This document shows positions 1-10,800 of a stretch of 64,000 bases of DNA, piece after piece. This stretch comes from Micrococcales bacterium (lineage in GTDB: Bacteria > Actinomycetota > Actinomycetes > S36-B12 > UBA10799). The stretch spans positions 3,351-67,350 of the forward strand of contig JADKAV010000028.1 in assembly GCA_016719135.1 (NCBI GenBank), in the 5' to 3' direction. Position 1 is the stretch's first letter. Every line of letters begins with the position of its first letter. The notes below the pieces were generated by a model, which was given only the letters and a program-made list of their open reading frames with translations, searched no databases and was not told where the DNA came from. Made by a program: the position numbers and the translations under genes.

Positions 1-801
1 ACGTTCGTGGTCGACGAGACCCGCGCCCCGCGGCATGCCGACCGCACCTGGCAGCGGGTCGCCGAAGAGCTCAAACAGGGACGCAAGGTGTACGTGGTCT
101 GCCCACGGATCGGGGAAGGATCGGAGTTCGAGCCCAGCGACGATCTGCCCGCCGATCTGGCCGAACTCGATTTCCCCGCCCCCGAGAACACCCGCGGCGT
201 CGTGCGCACCGCACAGGAGTTGGCCGAGGGCCCGCTGGCGGGGGTGCGGATCGCCGTTTTGCACGGGCGGATGCCCACCGCGGAGAAGGCAGACGTGATG
301 GCGCGGTTCGCCGGTGATTCGGACCGACCGGATGCGGTCGATGTGCTCGTCGCGACCAGTGTGATCGAGGTCGGCGTCGATGTGCCCAGCGCCACCGTCA
401 TGGTCGTGCTCGACGCGGAGTCTTTCGGGGTTTCGCAACTGCATCAGTTGCGGGGCCGGGTCGGCCGAGCCCGACTGCCCGGTCTTTGCCTGCTCTGCAC
501 CCGCAACCCCGCCGCCGTCGAACGCCTGGAGAAGGTGGCGGGAACGACCAATGGCTTCGACCTGGCGCGCATCGACCTCGAACAGCGCAAAGAGGGTGAC
601 GTCCTTGGCACGGCACAATCAGGGCGCCTGACCCGTTTGCGGCTGCTGCGTGTCATCCGTGACGAGCACGTCATCGAGCAGGCCCGCGAGGATGCCGAGG
701 ACCTCCTGCACCGCGACCCGACCCTGGCCGGGCACCGCGAACTGCGAGCCATGATCAACCGTTGGGAGACCGCTGGTGCCGAGTTCGTGGAGAAGGCGTG
801 A
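1..801 (+). CDS. recG: ATP-dependent DNA helicase RecG, C-terminal part (5' end lies outside the window)
   Basis: The frame of ORF 7..801 stays open back to nt 1. Helicase C-terminal motifs are present (VLVATSVIEVGVDVP, QLHQLRGRVGR). It is followed by rsmD-coaD, as in other actinobacteria. Confidence 0.85.
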   Translation, partial: TFVVDETRAPRHADRTWQRVAEELKQGRKVYVVCPRIGEGSEFEPSDDLPADLAELDFPAPENTRGVVRTAQELAEGPLAGVRIAVLHGRMPTAEKADVMARFAGDSDRPDAVDVLVATSVIEVGVDVPSATVMVVLDAESFGVSQLHQLRGRVGRARLPGLCLLCTRNPAAVERLEKVAGTTNGFDLARIDLEQRKEGDVLGTAQSGRLTRLRLLRVIRDEHVIEQAREDAEDLLHRDPTLAGHRELRAMINRWETAGAEFVEKA

Positions 802-1409
802 CCCGGATCATCGCCGGCGCGGCTCGTGGCCGACGGCTCGCGGTTCCGGCCACCGGGACCAGGCCGACCGCCGACCGTGTGCGAGAAGCTCTCTTCTCGT
901 CGTTGAACGCGGTGATGGACCTTTCCGGCGTGCGCGTGCTGGATCTGTTCGCGGGCTCCGGCGCACTGGGGTTCGAGGCGCTCTCACGCGGTGCTCACGT
1001 GGTCACCTTGGTGGACAGCAGCCCCGCCGCGGTGCAGGTGATGCGCCGCAACGTCGCCACCGTCGGACTGCCGGGGGTCCACGTGGTCAAAGCCACCGCC
1101 ACCGGACATCTGCGCGGACAACCACAACCGGTCGACCTCGTGCTGTTGGACCCCCCGTACGATCTCGCCGCGGACCAGATCGAGGAAATCCTGACGCAGT
1201 TGTGCACCGGCTGGCTGGTGCAGGGAGCCGTGGTCGTGGTGGAGCGGGGCGCCCGGGATGAGCCACCGCGGTGGCCCGCCGGATTCGGCACCGCGTGGAA
1301 TCGCCGTTTCGGCGACACCGAACTGCACCGGGCGGTTTGGTACGGTCACGGAGACACTCTCGATGATCTGCACGATTCCCCCGAGCCGCAAGGAGCCGAC
1401 GGTGCGTAG
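798..1409 (+). CDS. rsmD: 16S rRNA (guanine966-N2)-methyltransferase RsmD
   Basis: The N-terminus [14 protein letters not shown] is typical of RsmD. SAM-binding [11 protein letters not shown] and the DPPY motif are present. The GTG at 798 overlaps the recG stop (GTGA). Confidence 0.85.
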   Translation: MTRIIAGAARGRRLAVPATGTRPTADRVREALFSSLNAVMDLSGVRVLDLFAGSGALGFEALSRGAHVVTLVDSSPAAVQVMRRNVATVGLPGVHVVKATATGHLRGQPQPVDLVLLDPPYDLAADQIEEILTQLCTGWLVQGAVVVVERGARDEPPRWPAGFGTAWNRRFGDTELHRAVWYGHGDTLDDLHDSPEPQGADGA

Positions 1410-1884
1410 AGCGGTATGCCCGGGGTCTTTCGATCCCGTGACCAACGGACATCTGGACATCATCCGGCGCGCCAGCAAACTGTTCGACGAAGTGGTGGTC
1501 GCAGTCCTCATCAACAAGAAGAAGCAGAGCATGTTCACTGTGGACGAGCGCATCGAATTGCTGCAGGAAGTGACGGCGGACTGCCCGAATGTGCGCGTCG
1601 ACGCGTTCCATGGCCTCTTGGTCGACTTCTGCGCGACCCACGAGATCCAGGCCATCGTCAAAGGTCTGCGGGCGGTCAGCGACTTCGACTACGAACTGCA
1701 GATGGCGCAGATGAACTACCAGTTGTCCGGTGTGGACACAGTGTTCGTGTCGACCAACCCGCTGTACTCGTTCCTGTCCAGCAGTCTGGTCAAGGAGGTC
1801 GCAACCTACGGCGGGGACGTCTCCGGGCTTCTTCCCGGCGTGGTCTTCGACCGTTTACGCGAACGCGTGACTAATACTGAGTAG
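1402..1884 (+). CDS. coaD: phosphopantetheine adenylyltransferase
   Basis: [17 protein letters not shown] nucleotidyltransferase motif. About 160 aa. The GTG at 1402 is in frame with ORF 1258..1884. Confidence 0.9.
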   Translation: MRRAVCPGSFDPVTNGHLDIIRRASKLFDEVVVAVLINKKKQSMFTVDERIELLQEVTADCPNVRVDAFHGLLVDFCATHEIQAIVKGLRAVSDFDYELQMAQMNYQLSGVDTVFVSTNPLYSFLSSSLVKEVATYGGDVSGLLPGVVFDRLRERVTNTE

Positions 1885-1906
1885 GAAGAGAGTTTGGAGG
1901 ACCGCC

Positions 1907-2584
1907 ATGGAGGTCTACGAACGGCTGGATGACCTGGTCGATCTGATCGAAGGCGCCCGCGGTGTTCCGTTGTCGGACTCCTGCGTGGTCAATCGCACCA
2001 TCGCTTTGGAGTTGCTGGAAGCGGTGCGTGCACTCATGCCGGCGTCCCTGCGCGACGCGGCCACGATTCTGGCCGACCGCGACGATGTGCTGGAGGACGC
2101 TGCCCGGGAGGCGGAATCGCGCATCGCCGCCGCCCAGGACGAAGCCGACGCGACCTTGTCCCGGACGGAGAACGAAGCGGCCGCACTGCTGTCCCACACC
2201 CAGGTCGAGGTCGAGCAGATGCTGGCCCAAGGTCAGTCGGACGCCGCGCGGACCGTCGACCGGGCACGCGCGGAGGCTGAGCGCCTTGTGGCTGCCGACA
2301 CCATCCGACTGGAGGCCGAACGTCAGGCCAAGGCGTTGACCCAGCATGCCGAGTCGGACGCATCGCGGGTGCGGGCCGAGGCCGACATCTACGTCGACAA
2401 GCGACTGGCCAACCTGGAGGACACCCTGCGGGCGGCATTGGACCAGATCGGTCGCGGCAGGCGGCGCTCGAACGCTGCGCCGCAGGGCTCAGCTGCGCAG
2501 GAGGCGGTGTACGACTTCACCCAGGACCCGGACGTTGCCGGCGAACTGGTAGGTGGGCGGCGCCGCGCCGCGCGCTCTGGTTGA
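1907..2584 (+). CDS. hypothetical Ala/Glu/Arg-rich coiled-coil protein in the conserved coaD-yceD position
   Basis: 225-aa ORF with a long predicted coiled coil (AEAERLVAADTIRLEAERQAKAL). No catalytic motif recognised. Confidence 0.5.
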   Translation: MEVYERLDDLVDLIEGARGVPLSDSCVVNRTIALELLEAVRALMPASLRDAATILADRDDVLEDAAREAESRIAAAQDEADATLSRTENEAAALLSHTQVEVEQMLAQGQSDAARTVDRARAEAERLVAADTIRLEAERQAKALTQHAESDASRVRAEADIYVDKRLANLEDTLRAALDQIGRGRRRSNAAPQGSAAQEAVYDFTQDPDVAGELVGGRRRAARSG

Positions 2585-2677
2585 TACCCTTGTGCGGTGG
2601 CGCTGTGCCACGTCGTCGGTGTTTCATGCCCACCGTGCGGCACAAGCGCTGACAACCCGACGAACAAGGATTCTGCC

Positions 2678-3250
2678 ATGACCACGACTGACGGTGCGCC
2701 GTTCGTCGTCGACGTGCGCGCCCTGCTGGGCAAACCGGGGGCATATCAGCGGCTCACTCTGACCGGGGCTGCTGGCCCCAACGTGGCCACTGCGGTGGTC
2801 ACTGTCGCCGAGGACGAGCCCGTGACTGCCGAAGTCATGCTCGAATCGGTGCGCGAGGGCATCCTGGTCACCGGAAGCGCCCGCACCACCGGTGACGCGG
2901 TGTGCAGCCGCTGTCTGGACCCGGTGCGCATCGATCTGCAAGCCGACCTGCAGGAGTTGTACGCGTGGAGCCTCGAGGAAGCGGAGGTCGACGACCTCGG
3001 GGAACCGGGTCCGCACCTCGACGGTGAGAACCTGAATCTGCGTCCACCCATCCGCGACGGATTGATCCTGGAAATGCCGTTGGCTCCGTTGTGTTCGACG
3101 GACTGCCAGGGATTGTGCGCGCAGTGCGGCGCCCGGCTCGACGACGATCCCGGACACGCACACGAGACTTCAGACCCCCGATGGGCGGCACTGTCCGCTC
3201 TCAAAGCCGACCTGCTCGACGAGCAGGCTGAAACACCCAAGGAGAACTAA
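2678..3250 (+). CDS. YceD/DUF177 family protein
   Basis: Cys pairs CSRCLDPV and CQGLCAQCG are typical of DUF177. It lies directly upstream of rpmF. The ATG at 2678 is in frame with ORF 2597..3250. Confidence 0.8.
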   Translation: MTTTDGAPFVVDVRALLGKPGAYQRLTLTGAAGPNVATAVVTVAEDEPVTAEVMLESVREGILVTGSARTTGDAVCSRCLDPVRIDLQADLQELYAWSLEEAEVDDLGEPGPHLDGENLNLRPPIRDGLILEMPLAPLCSTDCQGLCAQCGARLDDDPGHAHETSDPRWAALSALKADLLDEQAETPKEN

Positions 3251-3424
3251 GTGGCCGTCCCGAAGCGCAAGACCTCGCGCAGCAACACCCGGTCCCGTCG
3301 CGCCCAGTGGAAGACCTCGGCTCCCACTCTGGCGACCTGCAAGCAGTGCGGCACCCAGAAGCCGCCGCACATCGCCTGCCCGGTCTGCGGCACCTACGCC
3401 AAGCGACGCGTCCTCGACGTCTAG
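3251..3424 (+). CDS. rpmF: 50S ribosomal protein L32
   Basis: Not in the ORF track because it is under 60 aa. Manual translation from GTG 3251 gives [57 protein letters not shown], ending at TAG 3422-3424. Confidence 0.85.
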   Translation: MAVPKRKTSRSNTRSRRAQWKTSAPTLATCKQCGTQKPPHIACPVCGTYAKRRVLDV

Positions 3425-3440
3425 GCCCGTCGCCGCCCCG

Positions 3441-4145
3441 GTGGAAGCGCAGGTGGATCTCGCCGAGCTGGTCGAGCGGCTCGGTCTGGCCAGCATGCCC
3501 GCGACCCTGCCGCTGGCGATGGTCCACCGCTCGTACTCCTACGAGAACGGCCGGGTTCCCACCAATGAACGCCTCGAGTTCCTCGGCGATTCTGTGCTCG
3601 GCCTGGTCGTCACCGACCACCTCTACGCCACCTTCCCCGACTTGCCCGAAGGGCAGTTGGCCAAGATGCGTTCGGCCATTGTCAATGCGCATTCGCTGGC
3701 GGAGATCGCTGCCGGACTCGAAGTCGGCGCTTTCCTGCAGTTGGGCCGCGGCGAGGAATCCACTGGGGGGCGCGAGAAGGTCTCGATCCTGGCCGACGCC
3801 ATGGAGGCGATCATCGGGGCGGTCTATCTGGAACTGGGACTCGAGGGTGCCCGCCGGTTCATCCTCGACCGGTTCGGGGCACTGATCGCGTCAGTTCCCG
3901 GACTGGGCGCTGGCCTGGATTGGAAGACGAGTCTGCAGGAACTGGCCGCACAAGTGGGCCAGGGTGCTCCGGAGTACATCGTCGTGGGCGAAGGCCCCGA
4001 CCACGCCCGCACGTTCACCGCTCGGGTGCGCGTCGGTGGGCAGATGTTCGGTCACGGGATCGGACGCACGAAGAAACAGGCCGAGCAGCAGGCCGCCCAG
4101 ACTGCGTTCGAACAGGTGCAGCAGTCGCTGAATGGCGATGCCTGA
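3441..4145 (+). CDS. rnc: ribonuclease III
   Basis: RNase III signature [12 protein letters not shown]. The C-terminal dsRNA-binding region contains GPDHARTF and KKQAEQQAA. Confidence 0.9.
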   Translation: MEAQVDLAELVERLGLASMPATLPLAMVHRSYSYENGRVPTNERLEFLGDSVLGLVVTDHLYATFPDLPEGQLAKMRSAIVNAHSLAEIAAGLEVGAFLQLGRGEESTGGREKVSILADAMEAIIGAVYLELGLEGARRFILDRFGALIASVPGLGAGLDWKTSLQELAAQVGQGAPEYIVVGEGPDHARTFTARVRVGGQMFGHGIGRTKKQAEQQAAQTAFEQVQQSLNGDA

Positions 4146-4971
4146 ACTACCCGAGGTCGAAGTCGTTCGTCGCGGCCTTCAGCACTGGACCTCCGATCGG
4201 GTGATCCGCGATGTCCAGGTTCTGCACCCCCGGGCAGTGCGCCGCCACGGCGCGGGCGGTCCGGACTTCGAGAACCAGTTGCGTGGCCAGGCCCTGACCC
4301 GGGTCCTGCGGCGCGGCAAGTTCCTGTGGTGGCCGCTGGCCGACGACGTGGCCCTGATCGGGCATCTGGGCATGTCGGGCCAGTTCCGCGTGGATGCCGA
4401 TCCGGGAGAGCACACCAGGGTGATCCTCGACCTCGACCGGACCCGCCTTCTGTTCGATGACCAGCGGACTTTCGGCGGCCTGTGGCTCGACGAGATCGTG
4501 GGCGGTCTGCCGCTGTCTCTGGGGCACATCGCCGCCGATCCGCTCTCGGAGCAGTACGACCGTGCGGCCACCGTGCGCACCATCCGTTCGCGACGGGCTC
4601 CGATCAAGTCCCTGTTGCTCGATCAGGCAGTTGTTTCCGGGATCGGCAACATTTATGCCGACGAGGCCCTGTGGCAGGCGCGGGTCTGCTGGCGCACCCC
4701 GGGCTGCGACCTCAGCGCGCGCAAGGTCGGCCAACTCCTGGACGCCGCCGTGTCGGTCATGACCCGCGCGATCGCGGCCGGAGGGACATCGTTCGATGCG
4801 CTGTACGTCAACGTCAACGGCAGCAGTGGGTACTTCCAGCGCGACCTCGCAGCGTACGGACAGGAAGGCCTGCCCTGTTTGCGCTGTGGGACTGCGATCC
4901 TGCGTGAGCCGTTCGCGAACAGGTCCTCGTACCGCTGTCCGCGCTGTCAGCGGTGTCGGCGTGTTCCTTGA
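4138..4971 (+). CDS. mutM: formamidopyrimidine-DNA glycosylase
   Basis: N-terminus MPELPEVE with catalytic Pro2, so ATG 4138 is preferred over 4132. C-terminal zinc finger CLRCG...CPRCQ. Confidence 0.9.
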   Translation: MPELPEVEVVRRGLQHWTSDRVIRDVQVLHPRAVRRHGAGGPDFENQLRGQALTRVLRRGKFLWWPLADDVALIGHLGMSGQFRVDADPGEHTRVILDLDRTRLLFDDQRTFGGLWLDEIVGGLPLSLGHIAADPLSEQYDRAATVRTIRSRRAPIKSLLLDQAVVSGIGNIYADEALWQARVCWRTPGCDLSARKVGQLLDAAVSVMTRAIAAGGTSFDALYVNVNGSSGYFQRDLAAYGQEGLPCLRCGTAILREPFANRSSYRCPRCQRCRRVP

Positions 4972-5101
4972 CGAGTGTCGACTCGTTATGTCAACCTGAT
5001 ATATGGAGCGCGGGTTCCGTGCTCAGCAAGCCATAGCATCAGCGGCAGTCTCGCGGGAGTCTCCACGGCGGGGCCGCTGGAGCACCATGCATGGAGGACT
5101 G

Positions 5102-5287
5102 ATGGCCAAGGCGGTCTATACCCCTGGCGCACACTTCGACCCACGGCTGATGGCCGAGTTGGCGTCGTTGCGTGCCCGTGTCGCCGAACTCGAGCGCGAA
5201 GTCAGCGCCCTGCGCGTTGAGCACGCCGCGTTCGACGACGAAATGCTCGCGCTGTCGTCCACGACGGCACCGCCCGTTCTCGCCTGA
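5102..5287 (+). CDS. small hypothetical coiled-coil protein (61 aa)
   Basis: ATG 5102 is preceded by GGAGGA at 5092-5097. It lies within ORF 5003..5287. No family recognised. Confidence 0.3.
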   Translation: MAKAVYTPGAHFDPRLMAELASLRARVAELEREVSALRVEHAAFDDEMLALSSTTAPPVLA

Positions 5288-5327
5288 TCGACGACTGACC
5301 CGCGGCGGGCACGCTGAGTCAGCGCGC

Positions 5328-5729
5328 TCATTCGCTACGCGGCGGTAGTTCCATTCCCTGACATCCGTTGGGCACGAAGCCGGCGGCGCGGTACAAGGCG
5401 ACGCCGGCTGGGTCCGCGAACAAAGTGATCCACGGCTCCGCCGGCGCTTCGGCATGAATCCGCTGCAGCAAGGCATCGAGGACGGTCCGACCGATGCCTT
5501 TGTGCTGATGTGCCGGCAGGGTGGCCATGTCCGCGATGTGGAAGTACCAGCCGCCGTCGCCGATCACCCGGCCCATGGCCACGGCCTGCCCGTCGATGCG
5601 CACGGTCACCCACAACCAGGAGTTCTTCAGCGCGGGTCGCGCCTGCTCCTTGGTGCGCACAGTCAGGCCAGCCTCCCTGCGCAATCGCACGTACTCGTCG
5701 ACGGTGGGTGGTTCGAAGAGCAGATCCAT
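5328..5729 (-). CDS. GNAT family N-acetyltransferase
   Basis: Only the last 133 aa of the 832-aa minus-strand ORF look like a protein: MDLLFEPPTVDEYVRLRREAGL...HQHKGIGRTVLDALL...YRAAGF. The ATG is at 5727-5729. The upstream 700 aa is read-through into the hyper-GC block. Confidence 0.75.
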   Translation of the reverse strand: MDLLFEPPTVDEYVRLRREAGLTVRTKEQARPALKNSWLWVTVRIDGQAVAMGRVIGDGGWYFHIADMATLPAHQHKGIGRTVLDALLQRIHAEAPAEPWITLFADPAGVALYRAAGFVPNGCQGMELPPRSE

Positions 5730-5866
5730 GGTGGGCAGTGTAGGCAGGGGGTCACCTCCTGATCCCAGCGTTGGTCCGGCCGGTGGCACGAGACCGCGGT
5801 GGCCGGCGCAGGCCCCGACGACCGCGGCCGACCGCCCGCAGGCCGCCGCACGTGTAGGTGAGATCA

Positions 5867-7685
5867 GCCCCGCCCCAACAGCGCCGCCCCCCCCCAACCC
5901 CAACCCCACGCCCACCACCCCGACCAAAGGTACCCCCCCAGTCCCATGCCCCCCGGCTGTTCTCCTGCTTCTCGCGCGCCGCCCGCGGCGCGGAGGGGCG
6001 GCGGCGCCGGAGTGACCCCGATGACCCCAAGAGAGAAGGCCCGCGGGGCCGCGGCCGGGGAAGAGGGAGGGCCCCGACGAGCAGGGGGGGGCGGAAGGCG
6101 GCCGCACCGCGCCCGGGAAGGAAGAAGCCCGAATTGGGGGGGGGGCGCGGCCCAGCGGCCGGCGGGGGCGGCCCGCCCCGGCGGGGCCAGAGGGGCCCGG
6201 GGCGGGGCGGGCGGCAGAAGGGGGCGCGGGGCGGCGGGGGCCACGGGCGCCGCCCGCGGAAGAGGGGAGGGGGGGGGGGGCAGCCGGCCCGGGGGCCCCC
6301 GGCGCGGGCGCGGCGCGCGCGCGGCTCAGCGGGGGGAGAGCCGGGGGCGAGAGAGGCCGCGCGCGGCGAGAGGGGAGCAGAGCAGCGGAAGGTCGGGGGG
6401 GCGGCGGAGGGCGCCGCGGCGACCACCACACACGGCGGCGGGCGGCGCGCGGCGCGGGGCGGCGGCGGCGGCAGGCCCCGGCAGCGGGCGGCGAGGGAGG
6501 CGAGGAGGGAAGGCCCAGCGCGAAGGGGGGGCGGGGGGGGGGGAGCGGGAGGGGGGGGGGGAAGAGACAAGGAGAAACAGGGGGTCGCTTCCGGTTCCCC
6601 AAAATGATTGGGTGTTTGCCGGCGCCACGGGGGGGAGGGGGTCGCGGCCCCGGGGGGCTGTTGTCTGCACCCCGCGCGCCCGCGAGGGCGCGGGCGGGCG
6701 GCTTGGGGGGGGGGACCGGGCGGGGGGGGGGGGGGTTCCGCTGGCGGGGAGGGTGTCCATGTCGGCCTTCCGCCCGCTCGACGCCCCGGCGCCCGGGCGG
6801 GGCTCGTCCCGCCCCCGCGCCGCCGCACCCGCAGGGGGCCGGGCGGGGGGGGCTTTCCGCCCGCGCCCCGGCTCCAGGCGAGGGCGCGGCAGCAGGGGCA
6901 CTCCTGCGCGCCGCCAGGGGTCCGCCGGCGGGCGCCCGGCGGCCCGCGCCCGCGGCGGGGGGCGGCCCGGGAGGGGGGAGCACCCCCGGTGCCATCACAC
7001 GGGCCGCGCGGCGGGTGGGGGCGCCGCCGCAGGGTGCGTCGGCTGCTTGCGGTTTAGTCCCCGAGCGAGGTCGCGCCGCCTTCCCGCACAGGCCGTGGGG
7101 GGGGTCTTCCGGCTGGTTTGCCCGCCCGCCGCCTCCGCGCGTGTCCTCCGCTTTGCCCCGCGGCCCGCCCGTCTGCCGCCCGGGGGCGAGAGCGCGCCCC
7201 ACCGGGCAAGCCAGGGGGGTAGGTGGGTGCCGGTGGGGGGTTCGCCGCGGGCCGCACGGCCGCGGGGGGCGCCGGCCCGCGCGCGGCGGGGGCCGGCGCG
7301 GTTCCGGGTCCCGCGGGGCGGGGGCGCAGCGCGGCTCGCCGGGCGCCGGGCCCGCCGGCGGCGCGGCCTCCGCCCCCCCACCCACCCCCCCCCCCCGCCC
7401 CCCCCCGGGCCCGGGCCCCGGCGCGGCGGCGCCGTTCGACCTGATCTGACCCCCCACACTCTTGCCCCCCCGCCGCGCGGGCGCGGGTCGTCGCCCGGGG
7501 CTCGCCGTCCGCCGCGGGGTCGTCTCGCCGTCCCGGGCGCGCGCGGGCCGGGGGTCGGGTGTTCGGGCTTCGTGCTGCGCGGGGGGGGGTCCATATCCAC
7601 GGCGACGACCCCCGAGAACCTCCCCGCGCGGGCGGCGTCCCACCCCCCGGCCCCCCGGGGGCCGCGCGGCGCCCCCCCGCCGCAG
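5867..7685. other. hyper-GC, T-depleted, homopolymer-rich low-complexity block; not interpretable as coding sequence
   Basis: For example, 6181-6240 contains 55/60 G+C and no T. G runs: 6269-6280 (G12), 6533-6543 (G11), 6551-6561 (G11), 6722-6735 (G14). C run: 7385-7396 (C12). All six frames are open. Confidence 0.9.
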
Positions 7686-7820
7686 CGCATGTCGACCGTG
7701 CTGGCATTCGCCTCTGCGTGGCGCTGACCGGGACGCGCATGGTTCGGGGTTACGCTGACAGTCTTCCCCGTCGGCGGGCCGACCCGGCCCGTGGCTGATG
7801 CTGCGGCAGGAGGCACTGGA

Positions 7821-10800
7821 GTGCATCTCAGGAGTCTGACCCTACGGGGCTTCAAATCCTTCGCGTCGTCGACGACTATCGACCTCGAGCCGGGCATCAC
7901 CTGTGTGGTGGGTCCCAACGGTTCGGGTAAGTCCAACGTCGTCGATGCGATCGCCTGGGTCATGGGTGAGCAAGGGGCCAAAAGCCTACGCGGCGGGAAG
8001 ATGGACGACGTCATCTTCGCCGGCACCTCGGGCAAAGCGCCGCTGGGTCGCGCGGAGGTGGAACTGACCATCGACAACTCCGACGGGGCGCTGCCCATCG
8101 ACTACACCGAGGTCACGATCCGGCGCACACTGTTCCGCAGTGGCGGTTCGGAGTACGCCATCAACGGTCAGACCTGCCGTCTGCTCGACGTTCAAGAGTT
8201 GCTCGCGGACTCCGGGATCGGCCGTGAGATGCATGTGATCGTCGGCCAGGGCCGTCTCGATGCCATCCTGCACGCCAGTCCGGAGGACCGCCGCGGTTTC
8301 ATCGAAGAGGCTGCCGGTGTCCTCAAGCACCGCCGGCGCAAGGAGAAAGCCCTGCGCAAACTGGAGCAGATCCAGCAGAACCTGCAGCGGCTCACGGACC
8401 TGTCCACCGAATTGCGCCGGCAACTCAAGCCACTGGGGAGGCAGGCGGAGGTGGCACGGCGGGCTGCCACCATTCAGGCCGATGTCCGAGATGCACGGCT
8501 GAGGTTGCTGGCCGACGAGGTGGCCGGTGTGCAACGGGATCTGGCCGAGGAGCAGGCCGATGAGAGTGCAGCGAAGGCCGAACGCGAACGCGTCGAGGAG
8601 CAGTTGCGTGCTGCTCGGTCGCAGGAGGCAGACCTGGAGGAACGCCTGCAACAAGTGGCCCCGCAGCTGCATGCCGGGAGAAGTCGTTCACTGGATCTGA
8701 CGCGTCTGCGTGAGCGGATCAGCGGCCTCGTGGCCTTGATCGTGGAGCGCCGCAGGTCGCTGGAACGCGAACAACTGGAGTTCAGTTTCGGGGTGGACCC
8801 CGAGGAGATCCAACGGGCCGGGGATGCCGTCGAACTGGAGATCGCCGATCAGGCGCACATCGTTGCTGCCGCACAGAACGAGTTCGAGCGGGCCCGCGAT
8901 GCCGCCGAAGCGGTCGGTCGTGAGGTCCGCGAAGAACAGTCGCTGATCACGTCGGCGGAAGCAGCTCTCACCGAATACCGTCAGCACGTCGCGGCCGCCG
9001 AGCAGGCGGTGGCCGGAGGGGTCCGACTGGTGGAGTCCACCACGGCCCGTGCCGATCATCTGGCCCAGCAGCACGACAGCGTTGCGCGTGAGGCGAGCGA
9101 GGCGGCTGCTGCTGTTGCCGATCTTGATCCGGAGCCGGCACACGAGGACATCGTGGACATGTCGCAGGCCGACGAGAAGATGCGCGCTGCGGAACGCGAC
9201 CTCGAACTGGCCAGGACGGAACTCTCGACGCAGGAGCAGAAGCGCGCATCTCTGACGGCGCGTTGTGAGGCCCTGCGGTCAGCGGTGGCAGACACGGCCG
9301 ACGACTCAGTGGGTGCTGACCGTCAGGAAGGCACGCTGGACAGCGTCATCCGGGTGCGTCCCGGCTACGAGAAGGCGGTCGCAATGTTGCTCGGAGCCCT
9401 GGCCAGGGCCAGGGTGCTGCGCGAAGGTGTGAGCGTGCACGAGGTCCTCGGTGGGATCGACGCCGATCGGTCGGTCCGACTCGTGCTTCCCGGCACGAGG
9501 AACGCGGTCGCTTCGCATCCGGACGCAGCCCTGAACTACATCGAGGCGCCCGATCACCTGCGCGGCGCGCTGTCGCAGATGCTGGCCGGGGCAGTGGTGG
9601 CCCCGGACCTGTCGGCCGCTCAGCGCATCGTGGATGAACACCCCGATGTACTGGTGGCCACGATCGATGGCCAGATGCTCGGACGGGGGATCGCAGCGCA
9701 GGGTTCGGAGGGCGCCAACGTCATCGCTTTGCGCAACGCGCTGGAGCAGGCGACCGAGGAGTTGGTCTCCACCGAGGGGTGCTGGCGGCGGGCAGTGGAT
9801 CATGTCGCCAGGGTCGAAGCCCAGGCGGCGCAGGTGCGTCAGCAGCGCGACGAGGTGCGCAACCAGGTGGCCGCCCAGCAGGCGCAGGCAGCTGCCCGGG
9901 CTGAGCGGGATGTCCATGTGCGGCAGCGGGCAGCCACCACGGCACACCGGCTGGAACAGTTGCTCGCTGAGAAGGACGAGGTGGCTGCGGCACTGGCCGA
10001 ACACGCTGCTGACCTGCAGGCCGCACGTGACCGACTGCAGGAGCTCGAGCTCGCCGGTGCCCCGACCGTCGACCGAACGCAGCTCCACGCGCTGCTCACC
10101 CGCCAGGAGCAGGCACGGCAGGCGCACCATGAGACCGGACTCAACGCACGATCCGCGCACGAGCGTCACGCCTCGCTGCAGGCCAAACACGCGGAACTGG
10201 TCGAGCAGGCACAGCAGGCCAGGGAGGCCGTCGAAGCGGCAGCCCGGCGACGCGTCCAGCGTGAGCATGCCCTGGTCGAATTGGCCCGATTGGAAGAACT
10301 CGCGCGCCGGGCAGCGACCCTGGTGGAACAGGACGCCGCCACCGCCGAGTCGCACTTGAACTCGCTGGAGGCCGAACAGCAGCAGGTGCAGTCCGACCAC
10401 GCGCAGGCGCGCTCCGCGGCGCTGGAGCTGGCCGCGGAGGTCGAACGGCTCACCCAGGATGTCCACCGCGACGAGGTGCTGCGAGCCGGTAAACACGCAA
10501 CCCTCGAACAGCTGACGGAGAAGGCCCTCGAGGAGTACGGCCTCACCATCGACAACCTGGTGGCCGAATACGGCCCCGACCAGATGATCGAGGTCGCCGA
10601 CGGGGATCCGATCGCCTTCGAGCGCGGGCAGCAGCAGCGCCGCCTCAAGGAGGCGGAGCGCGGGTTGGCCCTGCTCGGCCGGGTCAACCCGTTGGCTCTT
10701 GAGGAATTCGCAGCCATGGAGGAGCGCCACACCCATCTGGTCACGCAGATCGAGGATGTCAAGAAGAGCCGCGAGGACCTGCTGGCACTCGTGGCCGATG

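Noticed and set aside
4971-4986. A hairpin acgagt-gtcg-actcgt immediately after mutM, considered as a terminator.
   Set aside because: The stem is only 6 bp and there is no U-tract. It is too weak to report as a feature.
5867-7685. Eukaryotic rDNA or other contaminant as the source of the hyper-GC block.
   Set aside because: The style is superficially similar to GC-rich expansion segments. However, the G10-G14 runs and the near absence of T do not match what I remember of such sequences, and I cannot run a search. It is left as an item to test by BLASTN.
5328-7826. The 832-aa minus-strand ORF and the 593-aa plus-strand ORF (5946-7727), considered as giant Pro/Arg/Gly-rich proteins.
   Set aside because: At about 90% G+C, stop codons cannot occur, so every frame is open. 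There is no periodic repeat, no domain and no start context. Only the last 133 codons of the minus-strand ORF (the GNAT) look like a protein.
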